A stretch of 63,471 bases of DNA, counting the filler, from Octopus bimaculoides (Eukaryota): NCBI RefSeq assembly GCF_001194135.2. It is 5 parts of 4 records of this genome, joined end to end, with 100 filler letters (N's around TTAATTAATTAA, not from the genome) between each part and the next. Parts side by side here need not be neighbours in the genome. Positions count along the whole stretch, not along the records: positions 34,175 to 52,415 come from NC_068985.1; positions 52,516 to 59,362 come from NC_068996.1; positions 59,463 to 63,471 come from NC_069005.1; 2 more parts are not named here. The stretch is one strand, 5' to 3'. Of the stretch, positions 49,761 to 63,325 are shown one piece after another (position 1 is the stretch's first letter; each line of letters starts with the position of its first letter). A program made the position numbers and the translations under genes. The notes below the pieces were generated by a model. That model did no database searches. It worked only from the letters and a program-made list of their open reading frames with translations, and was not told the origin of the DNA.

Positions 49761-49979
49761 ATCAGGTGATTTATAAGCACAACAGCCAACACGTAACCTA
49801 GTACAGCCTATTGTATGTTGAGTCGTTAGCGACTAACCTGGGAATCACATCAAGCTTGCTTTGTGATGTGGGTGATCCTGGACACCTTGCAAGATTAAAA
49901 ATAAGACCTACCAAAGTGTGTTTGTGAACTCAAGGGACTTAATGGCTATACAATAACACATTGTACTGCGATTGAGAAA

Positions 49980-50300
49980 TTCTTGTTATAATGAATGAAC
50001 GTACCGCAAGACCACATGTAAGCGATGGACTGGAGTCCATGTCAAAACATTTGTCCTCTGAGAGCGGTATTCTGTTGTAAAACTTGAGGAATGTTCAGTT
50101 TCTAGTTGTCACAGTCAATGCTGAGTGATTATCTGAAAAGCTGTTCTATTTGAAATGTGAGATCAGTTCTATGCGCTCTTCTCATTAGAAACTCCACCCA
50201 TAGGTACTTCTGGGAAAACACTCTATGATTCTCTCACGAAGGTCTTTGACATGGGGAGTAGCGAAACATACGAGGTTTGACCAAAGGAAGAATATGATTG
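49980..50300 (+). pseudogene. Possible very old hAT-like transposase remnant
   Basis: DQFYALFSLETPPIGTSGKTLYDSLTKVF loosely resembles the hAT E.FL...TTGE.I...L segment; many stops. Confidence 0.2.
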
Positions 50301-51139
50301 CAAACCTTTACCTGGCTTTATGATGCTGGTTACATTTATTTCATATTATGGCGATTGAGAGATTCGGTAGGTGTCTAAGCAGTTTCTTCCGGTAATAGCA
50401 ATGTTCACCTGTTAATCAGGTAGGGGCTAGAAAAGTAGTTTAAACAATGCCAGCAACTATATGGCTGACGGTTGTCATCTTTTTGTGGTTCCATGATAAC
50501 AACTAAGACATATACAACTTTCCATGAAATGGCTGTACTCAAGACACGAACTGATTTGCGCCATGTCGATATGTGTGCTTATGAATCTGTGTTTTAATGT
50601 CTGTATATGTGTCATTATGAGTGTGGGCATGCTTGCGTACAGTAGCAAAATATGTACGAGGTTTTGTCATGAATAACAAACATAGTAAAAGAAATAATAT
50701 ACTTAGCTCACAACAATATTTCGGTGCCCTAGAGAAAATAGCTTTCACTTTCAGTTTGCCCCCTTAGCGTTCTAAATTCGAATCTCAGAATGCTCACCTT
50801 TGTCTTACATGTTTTTCTTGGACGGCATCAAAAGCACCAACCCAGTACTTACTTTGATATAATCGATTATAATCCGACCACAACATATGTGAACTCATAT
50901 TATGGTTGTTCTTGAAATTTAGCCACAAGTCAACACTGAATAAGCGCACTTATAATTAATAGTATTCCCGATATGACGATTCTATCGTTTATTCAATCTC
51001 CTTATCACATTTTTAAGACGATAAGATTGTGATTTCAGAAGGGTTTGGAAGATGTTGCAACCACATACATAGATAGAGACTAGAGAATCTCTTGTTAGCT
51101 CGAGGTTTGCTGTTGAAGTGAGAGACTATATCCTCCCCA

Positions 51140-51610
51140 CTGAATGTGTTCTTGTGTCTATGGTAACAGCTATGATCCACTATTAAACATGCAGTGGTTT
51201 TGCATCAATTCTACAGTCAAATGTTTGGTTTTGCACCTAAGGAAACAGGAAATATTTTACTTTTAAATGTTTTGTGATCCTGTGTATATATTACAAACAA
51301 TATATTTCACGGTTAAATGTGTGGTGTAGTCTCGTGTCTTTGCTAACTGTGATATTTCACAGTTACTTGTGTGGTGTGTGTGGTCTTGTGTCTGTTAACG
51401 ACAGTGTTTGACAGTTAAATATGTGGCTGTTGTAACAGCAAATATTTTTTGTGCGTTGTGGTCGTGTGCCCGCGGTAACAAGCAATATTTTACCTTTAAA
51501 TGCAAGGTCTCGTTTCTATGGAAACAAGAATATTCACAGTTAAACGTGTGGTCTTGTGTTTATGATGACAAACAATATTTTACAGTTAAAAATGTAGTCG
51601 TGATTTTACT
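51140..51610 (+). repeat. Degenerate ~50-bp minisatellite containing RFX X-box-like motifs
   Basis: Unit AATATTTTACAGTTAAATGTGTGGTCTTGTGTCTATGGTAACAAGC; GTTTCTATGGAAAC at 51512-25 and GTGTCTATGGTAAC at 51154-67. Confidence 0.65.
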
Positions 51611-52373
51611 AACATGCATAGATTAATAAGTATTTCTTATCGATCAATCAATTAATTATTGAATCACTCTATCTATCTATCTATCTATCTATCTGTCTGT
51701 TTGTCTGTCTGTGTGTCTGTCTGTCTGTGTGACTGTCTGTCTGTCTGAGAATAGATGATAGCAGTTAAATCCGTACTACATACGTTCCTGTAGTAAGGCA
51801 TCGTAGTCATGGTTACATGCATTACGTCATATAAATCTGTCGTTTTGGCAGTCTGGTGCGCGTAAATGTGGAAGGTGTTTTCCTGTGCTATAATGTACGT
51901 ATAATCATTAAAACACCTTGCTACTGAAACACATGTAACATGAATTAACCTGTTATGATCCATGCTTACAAATTTATTGTATTTACGGAATGTTATACGT
52001 AACTAATATTACTACTGAGATTACATTTGCGGAGTACCTGCTATTATTACAAAATATTTTCAAATTTTGTAATGGAAGAATATAATGTTATTGGCTTATT
52101 AATTTACAAATTAATTTATTATTCTTCTCTTAGTGTAAATTCCCAATCAAACATATGCTGGAAGTTAATAAACAAATGACCATGATCGAAGTGATCCTGA
52201 CCAACTGACACCCCCACCCACAAACTTAATCTGAATACTCCATTGTATTTAACCGTCTTAAAATAAACCTAAGTACAGTGGGTCTATGTTTGCCATTAAG
52301 ATCCTTCAAGGTGCTGCTCCAGCATAACCGCAGTCTTATAAGTGAAACAAAAGATTAACGATAGAAGATAGAC

Positions 52374-52415
<42 letters not shown>

Positions 52416-52515
52416 NNNNNNNNNNNNNNNNNNNNNNNNNNNNNNNNNNNNNNNNNNNNTTAATTAATTAANNNNNNNNNNNNNNNNNNNNNNNNNNNNN
52501 NNNNNNNNNNNNNNN

Positions 52516-52900
52516 CATGGATGTTAGGGCCCGCGGATCATGGAGTCTGGTCTCGCTTATGGCTATGATTTCTAGTTTGTGTGACTTTATGTCGTTTAGG
52601 AGGTACCCTTGTTTCCAAGGGGACCCCAAGCCACGCGCATTTACACAACCAATCCTGAGTATAATTCTAATGTGAGTGTTAGAGTTTTAAAGAGAGTCAC
52701 TTACCGTTCGAGAGTTTTTGTCTCCTCCTTCGGGTTTTCTTCGAGGAGATCCTTCTACAGTTTTTTCGCCAGGTATTTTTGGCATTTGCCAACTGCCTTG
52801 GGAAAAATAGATTTTAGTGTGTGGTGCAGGGTTGGTGTTATGTGTAGTATTTTGATGTGTTCTGGCGGTGTTAGATAGATAGATAGGTGGAAGGTATATA
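52516..52900 (-). mobile_element. L1/Tx1-type LINE fragment: ORF1 end plus start of the ORF2 AP endonuclease, cut by a gap
   Basis: Minus-strand translation LRIGCVNARGLGSPWKQGYLLNDIKSHKLEIIAISETRL contains the N-x-x-G-L and D/E-I-x-x-x-x-E-T motifs of APE domains. Not in the supplied ORF track because it has no start codon. Confidence 0.75.
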
Positions 52901-53253
52901 CTTTGAAGGATAATTTAAATCTCAAGCCATACGGGTAGTTGAGGGATGGTTTGCAAAACGTGAATAAATAACAGGTGAATGCGTTAATAAAAGGTGGGTC
53001 CTAATAAAATTTCTAACGTATTAGATGAGTGTAACAGGTTCAAAAACAATTATTTACTAATTTTCAGCACGTGCAGTGCTATAGAAAAGTTCACAAACGT
53101 GGGTGTGTGGTAAGAAGCTTGCTTTCCAACCATATGATTCCGGGTTCAGTCCCACTGCGTGACACCTTGGACAAGTGTGTTCTGTTATAGCCTTGACCGA
53201 CCAAAGCTTAGTGTATTTCGTAGACGGAAACTGAAAGAAGCACGTCGTGTATA

Positions 53254-53304
<51 letters not shown>

Positions 53305-53419
53305 TTGTGTGTCTGTGTTTGTCCCCACCAACCATCGACTAAAGGTGATGCTCCAGCATTGCCGCAGTCAAATGACTGAAACAACTAAAAGAATAAAAGA
53401 ATAAACGAATATATTAACA

Positions 53420-54640
53420 AGGATCGGATGCAAAGTTCATAGGCTGACCAAGGCACTCTCATAGAATATGTCACCAGGTTTATATTTTAATATCCTCCCC
53501 ATTCGCCGTCCACACATTTCGTCCATTGGTGTTGCAGTGCTTGCAAATCAATGGTGATGAAACTTTCATCTTGTTAGTTAAAAATATCATCGACACCAGA
53601 TATGATGTCATTATCACTGTGACACTGGTTCCCAGGCAAGTTTGTTTTTTTCATGTTGGGGAACAGATAATAGTCAGATGGAGCCAAATCGGGAGAACAG
53701 GGAGGCTGATCAACCAGTTCAAAGCCACAGTTACGTACAGTAGCCATCGAAACCAAGGGCTTGTGTGCTGGAGCAGTATCCTGGTGAAACAAGAACCCGT
53801 TCGTCAGGTTTCCTGGACGTTGGTCTTGATAGCATTTTGTAACTGCTTCAGCGGTTTGGCATAGTACTCTCCAATGGTGGTGTGGCCATTTTGAAGATAG
53901 TCACTAAACACAATGCCTTTTGCATCCCCCAAAACTGAGGCCACTACCTTCCCTGCAGATGAAACGACTTTGGCCTTCTTTTGATCAAGTGAGGAGGGTT
54001 TGTCCACTGCATGCATTATCCCTTTGTCTCTGACTCAAGTCATGAACCCAACACTCATCTTGGGTTAGGAAATTGTTCAAGGAAACCAGATGGATCTGCC
54101 TCAGACAAGGTCAGATTTTCCCGTGAAGCGATCAGCCTTGTGCGCTTTTGATCAGGTGTTAGAAGACGTGGCACCCACCGTGCCAAGTTATTGCGCAGAG
54201 TATATTCTAACAGTGGTTGTTTGGTTTATAGCCTGTTATCCATCACCATGTGGTAGGCACGATCAACGTTTTGCTCGGTGGTGGCAGTTGCAGGACGTCT
54301 AGATCTTGGGTCATAATCAAGACTCTCCCTTCTCCTCCTACATTCAGCTGCTTAATTTTGAACTGTTGATAAAGCTAGAGCGTCATCCTCTAATATGGCA
54401 ATGATGCCAGTATGAATATCCTTGGGGGCTAAACCCTTTTCACAGGAACATGATATCACTAGAATGCCAAATTTTGTTGATTTTTCAACACAAGTCACTA
54501 CTAGTTACTTTTGAAGTCGTCTTTGAACAGCTGTGGATGTCAGTTTACCTGGAAAAAAACAATGCAGTTATTAAAAAGAAAGTTTGAAATTAATGCTTGC
54601 ACAGCTCACTAGCATCACTTCTTCATAGTCAGAAAACTAA
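53420..54640 (-). mobile_element. Near full-length decayed mariner (DD34D) element
   Basis: FLTQDECWVH, SAGKVVASVLGDAKGIVFSDYL, FHQDTAPAH and PPCSPDLAPSDYYLFPNMKK; TIRs eroded. Confidence 0.9.
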
Positions 54641-55074
54641 TAACCTGATGTAGCATTCAATATACCTATGCTTCAGAGGAAAGTGTTAGACGAGCATAGA
54701 GCGGTAATAAAATTTTCCAGTGATGGCGCAGGAGTGGCTGTGTGGTAAGGAGCTTGCTTACCGACCACATGGTTCCGGGTTCAGTCCCACTGCGTGGTAC
54801 CTTGGGTAAGTGTCTGCTACTAAAGCTTTGTGAGTGGATTTGGTAGACGGAAACTGAAAGAAGCCTGTCGTATATATATATGTATATATATATATACNNN
54901 NNNNNNNNNNNNNNNNNNNNNNNNNNNNNNNNNNNNNNNNNNNNNNNNNNNNNNNNNNNNNNNNNNNNNNNNNNNNNNNNNNNNNNNNNNNNNNNNNNNN
55001 NNNNNNNNNNNNNNNNNNNNNNNNNNNNNNNNNNNNNNNNNNNNNNNNNNNNNNNNNNNNNNNNNNNNNNNNNN

Positions 55075-55106
<32 letters not shown>

Positions 55107-55859
55107 CTGCTTGTCACACATTTTTATGAAAACCCTAGCTTATCCGCATAGTTGATTGGGCGTTTACAAATAAAACCAAGTGCTCCGATTCTTATTGATA
55201 TAAACGCGAATTTATAATCTGGATATAGGAGTTGGACGTTTCTACATTCAGATTTTTCAAAAGATTTTCACTTCAACAGGACAGCTGATTTCTATGACGG
55301 TTCATATTTTTCTTTCTCACTCCCAAACAACAATAGCTGACCTATTGAATGTATGCATCTTATAATAATTCTGCTTGTCACACATTTACTTAGCCCGTCC
55401 GTAATGCTTCCACATGATTAGTTGAAGGGGAAGGGGAAGGGGAAGGGAGCGAGAGAAGAGAGGAGAGAGGGTGGTGAGGGAAGGAGATGGAAGGGAAAGG
55501 TAGTGGTGAGGGAAAGCTATAAATGTTTTCAAACTAAGTGTTTCTTCTCCTTTATTTAGCCCGTCTGTAACGTTTTCACGTGATTAGTTGAAGGAGCGAA
55601 AGAAAAAGGAGAGAAAAAGAGGGTCGGGCGAAGAATAAGAGAGAAAGAGGGAAAGTGTTGTGTATTAAGTCTATGAAATTGTGCAAAAAGTGTATAAAAT
55701 GTGTATATACAGTGCATTAAATAATCACCATATTCCAATTTCCTTCAATTTTCAATGGTTAGCAAATGAGAGCGATTATTTTCAACACAGGCGACGCTTT
55801 CAGGTTTTTTTGGATAAAGTTTCCAGGAATAAGCCAATAGGATTTACTGTTAATTCTGT

Positions 55860-56720
55860 GAAGTATTCACGGGTCCCGTTTGTGTGTATTAATGTATGTA
55901 CGTATGTATTATGTATGTATGTCATTATTTAGTTTTATTTCAAGATTTCTGGCCAATAGAGAAAGAGCCGGTTTCTAACCTAGAGCCAAGGCCCTTTCTC
56001 AGTATGTATGTATGTGTGTATGTATGTGTGTATGTATGTATGTATGCACGTATGTATGTATGTATGTAAGTATATATGTATGTATGTATGTATGCATCTA
56101 TGTATGTATGTATGTTTGTATGTTTGTATGTATGTGTGTATGTATGTACTGTATGTATGTATGTATGTATATGTATATATGTATGTATGTATGTATGTCA
56201 TTATTTAATCTTATTTCAAGATTCCTGGCCAATAGAGAAAGAGCCGGTTTCTAACCTAGAGCCAAGGCCCTTTCTCAGTATGTATGTATGTATGTATGCA
56301 TGTATGTATGTATGTATGTATGTATGTATGTATGCATGTATGCATGTATGTATGTATGTATGTATGAATATATGTATATTTGTATGTATGTTTGTATGTA
56401 TGTATGTATGTATTGTATGTATGTATGTATATGTATATATGTATGTATGTATGTATGTCATTATTTAATCTTATTTCAAGATTTTTGGCCAATAGAGAAA
56501 GAGCCGGTTTCTAACCTAGAGTCAAGGCCCTTTCTCCGTATGTATGCATGCATGTATGTATGTATGCATGCATGCATGTATGTATGTTGTATGTATGTAT
56601 GTATGTATGCATGCATGCATGCATGTATGTATGTATGTATGTATGTATGTATACATGCACTATGTATGTATATATGTACGTATGTATGTATGTATGTATG
56701 TATGTATGTATGTATGTGAA
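55860..56720. repeat. Three tandem ~81-bp units embedded in (TATG)n
   Basis: TCATTATTT...CAAGAT...GGCCAATAGAGAAAGAGCCGGTTTCTAACCTAGAG(C/T)CAAGGCCCTTTCTC at 55922-56002, 56198-56278 and 56458-56538. Confidence 0.92.
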
Positions 56721-56935
56721 TATTGACGATGAAGTCGACACACGCATCGCCAGTGGAAGTTCAGCATTCGAGCGGCTACATCAATCAGTGGTGGAGAGGA
56801 GATGCACCAAGCTGGACACCAAGTTGAAAGTATACCAAGCCTTTATACTGTTAACGTTACTCTACGCCTGCGAGACTCGAACGGTCTACGTATTTCACGC
56901 CATAATATTATGATGGCCTTCCGCACAGTATCCTC
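56718..56935 (+). mobile_element. RTE (BovB-like) ORF2 fragment
   Basis: NIDDEVDTRIASGSSAFERL...TKLKVYQAFILLTLLYACET. Confidence 0.85.
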
Positions 56936-57191
56936 TACGAAATTCCGCTGGCAAAATTGTTAGTCAACCCAAACATTTGTTTGATGGTATTTGTCCAAGG
57001 CACCGCTTAGTCGGATAGTACCCGGAACTATGCGGTCATGAAACCATCTTCTTAAGAACATAACCAAGCCTACATGTATACGTGTGTGATTGTGCGCGCA
57101 CGTGTTTGTATGGGGCGGGGTGTACGATTGTATATATATATATATGTGTGTGTGNNNNNNNNNNGTTTGTATGGGGCGGGGTGTACGATTG

Positions 57192-57252
<61 letters not shown>

Positions 57253-58085
57253 ACTGTTAGAAGAAAGGGGAAGTGGTGTTCTTAAATATTCATGAAATAA
57301 ACTCTAATCCTTATTCAGAAACATCTACACACATGCATACATACTTACATAAACACAAACAAAAATACATATGATGAGTGGACGAACTTGCACTCGTATA
57401 GTAGGTGTGCATGTCATTTTAGTACACAGTTGTGTGTTACATTACGTGCGTGTCTATGCTTGAGGGTGATGTGAGCTCACTACAAAGCTAAAAATGTCAT
57501 TCTGCAGGTATGGCGGTTGCTGATGTTTAGTGAAGTTGTGATTTCTCTTAAAAATAAAATATGTTTAAACCAATTACAAAATTATTTCACGTCTTTCCAA
57601 GTTTCTAAGTTCTTGTGACGTAAAGAAAATTTATATTTCAAATACATTTAAATTTTTTTTTTTTTTTTTCTTTGACAGGATTACGACAGGAATGGGAAGG
57701 ACGGTGAGTTGTCAGTCAGCATTTATTTATTCACGTTTTACAAACCATCCCTCAATTTTCCGTATGTCTTTACATATGTATACATAGGTAGGTAGACAGA
57801 TAGATAGACAGAGAGATAAGCGGCGAGCTGGCAGAAACGTTAGCGCGCCGGACGGAATGCTTAGCGGTATTTTGTCTGCCGTGACGTTCTGAGTACAAAT
57901 TCCGCCGAGGTTGACTTTGCCTTTCATCCTTTCGGGGTCGATAAATTAAGTACCAGTTAAGTACTGGGGTCGATGTAACTGACTTAATCCCTTTGTCTGT
58001 CCTTGTTTGTCCCCTCTATGTTTAGCCCCTTGTGGGAAATAAAGAAATAAGGTAGATAGACAGACAGACAGAGAGAGAGATGATG

Positions 58086-58131
<46 letters not shown>

Positions 58132-59119
58132 TAGATAGAGATCTATAGATATATAAATATAGATGTAAAGGATTCTAGTAAGTACATATATATAACAGAT
58201 CTACTCCAAGATTATCCCTATGTATATATCATTTTATTTTTTTTATCGTGGTTCTTCCACATGGTCCTTATTCGCTTCTTTAACATTCATTATCATTCTC
58301 ACAATAGTAGAAGCAGCTGAAATAGTAACAGTTGCAGCACCACCACCATTACCAGCGCCACAATCATTACTATTATCATCACGATTATTTCTTCACTTAA
58401 AAACAATATTATCTTGAAGGCGCATGGTTCAGTGGTTAGAGCATCGGGCGCACAATCATGGCGTGGTGAGTTCGATTCCCGGATCGGGTTGTGCGTTTTG
58501 TTCTGGAACAAGACACTTTATTTCACGTCGCTCCAGTTCACTCAGCTGTACAAATGAGTTGTGACGTCACTGGTGCCAGGCTGTATCGGCACCTTTGCCT
58601 TTCTCTTGCATAACATCGGTGGCATGGAGAGGGAGAAGCTGGTATGCATGGGCGACTGACTGCTGGTCTTCCATAAACAATCTTACTCGGACTTGTGTCT
58701 CAGAGGGGAACTTTCTAGGTACAATCCCATGATCATTCATGACCGAAGGAGGTTTTTTCTTTCTGCCTAGACATCGTCTGCAGCCATCTTTGGCTGAAGA
58801 CCTGACCAAACTCCTTTTTTTTTTGTTTTTCAATAAGTGGGCTCCATCATGAGACATGGATCATCATAAAGCAAGCCACATTGCTGAAAACCATGGAAAG
58901 TAATTTTCCGTTAGGCGTATCATTTAGTCTGGCTATGACTGCTTATGACTGCTCTGTATGCTATCATTCGCTTCCGAGCCAAGTCTCCTGCAGTTTCAAA
59001 CTTCATTAACCTAAACTCAGAAGGTCGTATTATCTTTTATCTTTTATCTTCCACATGTTTCAGCTAGTTGACCATGCTGGAGCACCGCCTTGAAGGATTT
59101 TTAGCCGAATGAATTGGCA

Positions 59120-59362
<243 letters not shown>

Positions 59363-61790
59363 NNNNNNNNNNNNNNNNNNNNNNNNNNNNNNNNNNNNNN
59401 NNNNNNTTAATTAATTAANNNNNNNNNNNNNNNNNNNNNNNNNNNNNNNNNNNNNNNNNNNNTATTTTATTTGATGCCAAAACAAAATACCTTTAGCCAT
59501 TTTTAGAGATTATTACAAATTTCGTTGCTGAGTTTATATATTTTCTGTGAAAAACATCTCTAATTGTTGGCAAGTGCTAAGCTTTCAGAGTCATCATCAT
59601 CATCATCATCGTTTAACGTCCGCTTTCCATGCTGGCATGGGTTGGACGATTTGACTGAGGACTGGTGAAACCGGATGGCAACACCAGGCTCCAATCTAAT
59701 TTGGCAGAGTTTCTACAGCTGGATGCCCTTCCTAACGCCAACCACTCCGAGAGTGTAGTGGGTGCTTTTACGTGTCACCCGCACATTTTGTCTTATATTA
59801 TATTATATCATATTGATTTCAAATTTTGGCACAAGGCCTGCAATTTCAGGGGAGGGGTTAAGTTGATTATAACAACCCAAGTGCTCGACTGGTACTTAAT
59901 TTATCGATCCTAAAAGGATGAAAGGCAAAATTAACCTCGGCAGAATTTGAACTCAGAATGTAAAGACAGATGAAATGCTGCTAAGCGTTTTGCCAAGAGT
60001 GCTAACAATTTTGCCAGCGTACCACCTTCTTCTGTTGTATTATATATTGATGCCCACGGGCATATGGCATAGTGGTTAAGAGCGCGGGCTACTAACCCCT
60101 AGATTCCGAGTTCAGATCTATATATGCACATATATATGTATATTTAAATGTATGTATGTATATATATATGTGTGTGTGTGTGTATCATCATCATCATCAT
60201 CATCATCGTTTAACGTCCGCTTTCCATGCTAGCATGGGTTGGACGGTTTGACTGAGGACTGGTGAACCAGATGGCTACACCAGGCTCCAATCTGATCTGG
60301 CAGAGTTTCTACTGGTGAATGCCCTTCCTAACGCCAACCACTCCAAGAGTGTAGTGGGTGCTTTTATGTGCCACCGGCACAAGTGCCTGTAAGGTGATGC
60401 TATATATATATATATAATTAATGTGAGTTTAGAGAGAGATATTATCTGGATGGATACTATGGTAGCTCTTTGTTATGTTCCAGGTTATGGCTAACCACAT
60501 TGATTAGTATTTAATGTCTATAACTACTATGGGTTGTCATTCATACTGTAAACTCCTCCGATGGGTAATTCTGTGTTTGATTCACTGAATGGTAATATTA
60601 TCCAGAGTGTATATTAGCAATAATTATGACGATACGCAATATGGAAACTGGTATATCCTCAAAATCTATTTCCATTTATTTTGAGCCTAGTTAGTTGAAA
60701 GACCCTCAACAAATCTGCACAGGAAATTATGCCCGCTTGCATGTGCAGCTGACCATACTCTGTGCAGTAGAAACACGTGTAGGTCATCACAACCATAAAA
60801 ATATGCTGTATGAAATTGTCAAATAAAAGGAAATAAATTTTGAGGATGTACCAATCACCATATTCTCTTTCATTTTATATATATATACATACATAAATAC
60901 ATACATACATGCATGTATGTATGTATGAGTGTGTGTGTATATATATATATATATATANNNNNNNNNNNNNNNNNNNNNNNNNNNNNNNNNNNNNNNNNNN
61001 NNNNNNNNNNNNNNNNNNNNNNNNNNNNNNNNNNNNNNNNNNNNNNNNNNNNNNNNNNNNNNNNNNNNNNNNNNNNNNNNNNNNNNNNNNNNNNNNNNNN
61101 NNNNNNNNNNNNNNNNNNNNNNNNNNNNNNNNNNNNNNNNNNNNNNNNNNNNNNNNNNNNNNNNNNNNNNNNNNNNNNNNNNNNNNNNNNNNNNNNNNNN
61201 NNNNNNNNNNNNNNNNNNNNNNNNNNNNNNNNNNNNNNNNNNNNNNNNNNNNNNNNNNNNNNNNNNNNNNNNNNNNNNNNNNNNNNNNNNNNNNNNNNNN
61301 NNNNNNNNNNNNNNNNNNNNNNNNNNNNNNNNNNNNNNNNNNNNNNNNNNNNNNNNNNNNNNNNNNNNNNNNNNNNNNNNNNNNNNNNNNNNNNNNNNNN
61401 NNNNNNNNNNNNNNNNNNNNNNNNNNNNNNNNNNNNNNNNNNNNNNNNNNNNNNNNNNNNNNNNNNNNNNNNNNNNNNNNNNNNNNNNNNNNNNNNNNNN
61501 NNNNNNNNNNNNNNNNNNNNNNNNGATAAAATAAATAGAATAAACAAAATAAAAACTAATCTACTTTAGTGAAGCAGCCCACTTTTATTACCATGTTTTA
61601 CCTGGTTCTGTTTCTGCTGGTGTGTAGATATGGTATTTTTACCAATGTTTTTCCTATTCAGGAAGCGATTTTAAAATTTGGGTTAATGATAAACATATAA
61701 GCTAGCCTGATATAGAGAGATTATGCAGTTTATCTATAATTCTGTTTGAACATATGTGTGTGTGTGTCTGTGTGTTTGTGTAATTCAGTG

Positions 61791-61847
<57 letters not shown>

Positions 61848-62002
61848 GTATGTATCTATCTATCTGTGTGTACTCTAACTCTGTTTGAACACGTGTATGT
61901 TTGTGTGTGTAATTCTCTGTGTTTGTATACATGTATGTCTGTGTGTATTTATGTATGTATCTATCTATCTATATACATGTTCACTATAATTCTATTTGAG
62001 CA

Positions 62003-62119
<117 letters not shown>

Positions 62120-62380
62120 GTAATATATATTATACACACACACACATACACCAATACATGTATCTCTAAATATGAAATTGTTAATTCTTACATGAAGTCA
62201 GAATACGTAGCCATTCAGATTACACTTCGTTGAATATAGCTCAATACATTAAGCTGCTCCCATCATGCTCTCTTCCTAACATGCCTTACAGAGCAACATG
62301 GCTGCCCACAATGAGTCGACCTCTACATGGTTGCTCAATGTCCTAGAAATAGCAGCCAAATCTTACCTGAAATCATATCC

Positions 62381-62604
62381 TTAAGCCTCTTGGTCCAACC
62401 CACCTGAGACTGATCCTTAGACATATAATATAAACTTCCTGTTTCAGCATGGTCTAAATTAAAAAAACTTTTAATCAAAATTTCATGTTAATTTATGTTC
62501 CAAACACCAGTTTATTGATAACAAAGTTTTTTTCACTAAATTCTTCAATATTTTCAAAATCAGTTGAAATAAAGCCTGTGTGGTGTAATAACAGAAAAGG
62601 TTAA
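62381..62604. mobile_element. piggyBac-like MITE
   Basis: TTAA at 62381-84 and 62601-04 with eroded CCCTT/AAGG termini; same interior as 15176-15373. Confidence 0.6.
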
Positions 62605-63228
62605 ATGGCTATCTTGAAAGAACACAACTCATGTTTAGCATCGTGTAATTTTGGGCCCATTGAAGCCTCAAACTCCTGTGAGGAGGCAGTTTCAGGGATT
62701 CTTGCACAGAAATTATGGGCCCGAGGATGCAATCTCTGGTGGTTTTCTCATTTACATGAGGAAGTCCAGAGGTGGGGAAAATGGCTTTGCTTGTTTGTCC
62801 AGGTTTACCACGTAACTTACGGCCAATATTCTTTAAATCCCTACTTGTCACAGTCTTGAAGGCCCTACAATCGGATCATTTCTTCCTTGGTGCACATGTG
62901 GCTAAATAATTCATTGTGTCACTAAATGTTATAATATTATTATGGGCTTTCTGTTAAATATATACTCAACGTATACTAGCCTTCATTTTCTGTAAAAAAG
63001 AAATGTCTAGCTGGGCTATTTTCATTCAAAAGCTATTAGTGTGGTTCACCCAAAAACAAAAGAATCTGAAATAAAAAAGAAAGGACTTTACACAGAATAA
63101 TGCAAACATAACAATGGTGTTGCCATAGTGTGCAGACCAAGTGGGAAAAGTTTTATCAAAATCGATTTACAGAAAACTAAGAAATCTTAAATTTCACTCC
63201 TAAGTTATTAGCGTGGTTCTGGCTGTTT
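62605..63228 (-). mobile_element. Tc1-family transposon 5' part, truncated next to the MITE
   Basis: TSRDLKNIGRKLRGKPGQTSKAIF...SLKLPPH..RLQWAQNY...SCVL matches the Tc1 second HTH and the RLxWA region before the first catalytic D. Confidence 0.7.
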
Positions 63229-63240
63229 ATATATATATAC

Positions 63241-63289
63241 CTGTTTGTTGTTTACACACCTGTCTTCATCTTTTGTTTTTTATAAATTC

Positions 63290-63297
<8 letters not shown>
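63241..63297 (+). mobile_element. Terminal ~55 bp of the same Penelope pseudo-LTR family as positions 1-70
   Basis: CTGTTTGTTGTTTACACACCTGTCTTCATC resembles the reverse complement of 30-62 (CTGTTTGTTTTCTACACCACCTGTCTTCATC). Confidence 0.6.

Positions 63298-63325
<28 letters not shown>

Noticed and set aside
55922-56538. CRISPR-like repeat-spacer array
   Set aside because: Eukaryotic context, 81-bp repeats, microsatellite 'spacers' and no cas genes.
57100-57200. Direct duplication of GTTTGTATGGGGCGGGGTGTACGATTG...
   Set aside because: The two copies flank a 10-N gap, so this is most likely an unmerged contig overlap. The same applies to 23010-23170 versus 23455-23610.
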